In this document: positions 62,381-64,000 of the stretch, in pieces
Layout: every line of letters begins with the position of its first letter
How positions within the stretch are numbered: the stretch's first letter is position 1
Origin: an uncultured delta proteobacterium
GTDB lineage: Bacteria; Myxococcota_A; Polyangia; Polyangiales; Polyangiaceae
Direction of reading: 5' to 3'
DNA: 64,000 nucleotides
Assembly (NCBI GenBank): GCA_963806225.1
Contig: CAWDXG010000001.1
Location: forward strand, 672,001 to 736,000
Position numbers and translations under genes: made by a program
The notes under the pieces: generated by a model
Database searches by the model: none
What the model was told of the DNA's origin: nothing
What the model saw: the letters and a program-made list of their open reading frames with translations, nothing else

Positions 62381-63239
62381 GGCCGAGCACCCGCTCGAGG
62401 AAGCCGATGACGGCCGGCCCGACGATCTCCGGGTATTCAGCGTGCGGGTAGTGCCCGGCGCCCGCGACCATCAGCGTCTCGCCGCCCAGCCGCTCTGCGA
62501 TGAGGGCGGCTTCGGCCGAGGCGTCGTCGAAATCCGGGTCGGCGTCGCCCATCACGACCAGGGTCGGCGCCTTCACCTCGCCGAGCCGCGCCTCGGCGGG
62601 TTCGTGCGACGTGTGCGTGGTCGCCGCGAAGGCGGCCCAGTGCCCGGGCTGGCGCAGGCTCTCGCGGATCCGCGCCCTGTGGTCATCGAGGTCAGCCGGC
62701 GCGCGGCCCGGATACAGGTTCGGGATGTAGGCGTTCCACGCTGCGGCACCCCAGGGCCGGAGCAGCACCAGACGGAACAGCAGCATCTTGAGGAAGCTCG
62801 TGGGCGGGTTGCGAACGAACGGCCCGACCAGCACCAGTCCCGAGAGCTTCGACGGATCCTCGGCTGCCGCCCAGGCTGCCGCTCCAGCGCCCATCGAGTT
62901 ACCGATGACCACTGCCGGTCCGCCGAGGTGCTCGATCAGTGCCAGCACGTCGGAGCCGGCCGCCACGTCGTCGTATTCGCTGAACGTCGCGTCGCTGTCG
63001 CCGTGCCCGCGAAGATCCATCGTGGCCACGCGGTATCCCGCGGCAACGAGGGCCGGCACGAGGTAGCGGAAGTTCGAGCGCAGATCGCCCATGCCGGGCA
63101 CGCCGACAACGAGCGGCCCGCTTCCGATCACGTCGTACGCGATCCGGCCTTCGGGCCGATCCAGAAACAGCGTCTGGGCCACGGCTTCCTGCGGCTGGGT
63201 GTTGGATTCTGCGGTGGGATTCATGGCTACAGTCATCAT
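62373..63239 (-). CDS. Alpha/beta hydrolase
   Basis: DLRGHGDS, GNSMG, GDADPD, GHYPH. Confidence 0.92.
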   Translation of the reverse strand: MMTVAMNPTAESNTQPQEAVAQTLFLDRPEGRIAYDVIGSGPLVVGVPGMGDLRSNFRYLVPALVAAGYRVATMDLRGHGDSDATFSEYDDVAAGSDVLALIEHLGGPAVVIGNSMGAGAAAWAAAEDPSKLSGLVLVGPFVRNPPTSFLKMLLFRLVLLRPWGAAAWNAYIPNLYPGRAPADLDDHRARIRESLRQPGHWAAFAATTHTSHEPAEARLGEVKAPTLVVMGDADPDFDDASAEAALIAERLGGETLMVAGAGHYPHAEYPEIVGPAVIGFLERVLGRA

Positions 63240-63251
63240 GGTGACCTCCTT

Positions 63252-63301
63252 GGGCTTATCAAGATAGCCCTATAGCTAATAGTATTAGCTTTCCCTGTCA
63301 A
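63252..63301. promoter_or_regulatory. Tandem TetR-type operator and -35 box upstream of the hydrolase-tetR-CPBP operon
   Basis: Perfect palindrome AGCTAATA-G-TATTAGCT (63274-63290), degenerate copy GGGCTTATCAAGATAGCCC (63252-63270), minus-strand TTGACA at 63296-63301. Confidence 0.7.
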
Positions 63302-63325
63302 GGCCACGTCGTCTAGATTTCCGCC

Positions 63326-63823
63326 GTGGCAGCCCGCCGAGCAGAAAAGGGGCCGCGCGGCCCGACGTACCTCACGCCCGAAGGCGCGAAGAAGCTCGCC
63401 GACGAGCTCAACCATCTCGCCAGCGTGGAGCGCCCGCGCGTGGTGCAGGAGGTGAGCGACGCGGCCGCGCAGGGCGACCGCTCGGAGAACGCCGAGTACA
63501 TCTACGGCAAGAAGCGCCTGCGCGAGATCGACCGCCGCATCCGCTACATCACCAAGCGCCTCGACAGCGCCGTGGTCGTCAAGGAACGCGTTGCCACCGA
63601 CATGGTGTTCTTCGGGGCGACTGTCGAGGTCGAGGACGAGAACGGCAAGCGCAGCCGCTACCTGCTCGTCGGTCCGGACGAGGCCGATCCGTCCGAAGGG
63701 CGACTGAGCTTCAAGTCGCCGCTTGGCCGCGCGCTGCTCAAGAAGAAGGTCGGCGACGTGGTGACCGTGCGCCGCCCCGCGGGCGAGATCGACATCGAGA
63801 TCCTGTCGGTCACGTACGAGTAG
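63326..63823 (+). CDS. greB: Transcription elongation factor GreB
   Basis: YLTPEG, AAAQGDRSENAEYIYGKKRLREIDRRIRY, SPLGRAL. Confidence 0.92.
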   Translation: MAARRAEKGPRGPTYLTPEGAKKLADELNHLASVERPRVVQEVSDAAAQGDRSENAEYIYGKKRLREIDRRIRYITKRLDSAVVVKERVATDMVFFGATVEVEDENGKRSRYLLVGPDEADPSEGRLSFKSPLGRALLKKKVGDVVTVRRPAGEIDIEILSVTYE

Positions 63824-63837
63824 AGCGCCTTGGCCGC

Positions 63838-63927
63838 GGCCCGCAGGGCAGGTGCGTTCCGCTCTGCAACCCGGAGTGCAGCCCGCAGCAGTACTGCGCT
63901 GCCGATCGGACCTGTCGCTCGCGCTGA
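63838..63927 (+). pseudogene. Orphan Cys-rich C-terminal remnant
   Basis: GPQGRCVPLCNPECSPQQYCAADRTCRSR*; no in-frame start after the greB stop. Confidence 0.45.
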
Positions 63928-64000
63928 TCGGATTTCTCCACCACCAGCGAAACACGCGCATCGCGATTGGTTGGCGGGCCGGCCCGGTCTACCATGCTGC

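Overview
High-GC bacterial chromosomal segment, most likely Myxococcota (Polyangiales-like). The evidence is many Gly-linker/Cys-rich lipoproteins, a MYXO-CTERM-like tail and an FHA-sigma54 activator + Ser/Thr kinase + TPR/PEGA cassette. It holds about 55 CDS, mostly housekeeping or envelope genes (miaE, gluQ, EF-G paralog, greB, thiolase, acyl-CoA ligase, MlaEF-like). I see no rRNA, tRNA, CRISPR array, integrase or transposase. Five observations stand out. (1) A 6.1-kb integrase-less block is bounded by an 81-bp direct repeat (77/81 identical) that duplicates the miaE start region. (2) Two secreted proteins carry an RlpA-like domain, one fused to a PGRP-type amidase; they have a candidate sigma54 promoter and enhancer repeats and lie divergent from the FHA-sigma54/kinase/TPR cassette. 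(3) Four independent +1 frameshifts all sit at + strand GACGTTC where GACGTC restores the frame, which points to a motif-specific (possibly methylation-linked) sequencing artefact. (4) There are unusual fusions: LTD-PLD-PLD-CBM20, an ExbD-like/TonB-C-like lipoprotein, and a Cys stalk joined to an ASPIC-associated C-terminal module. (5) Several orphan C-terminal gene remnants occur. All calls come from motif recognition by eye, without database searches.
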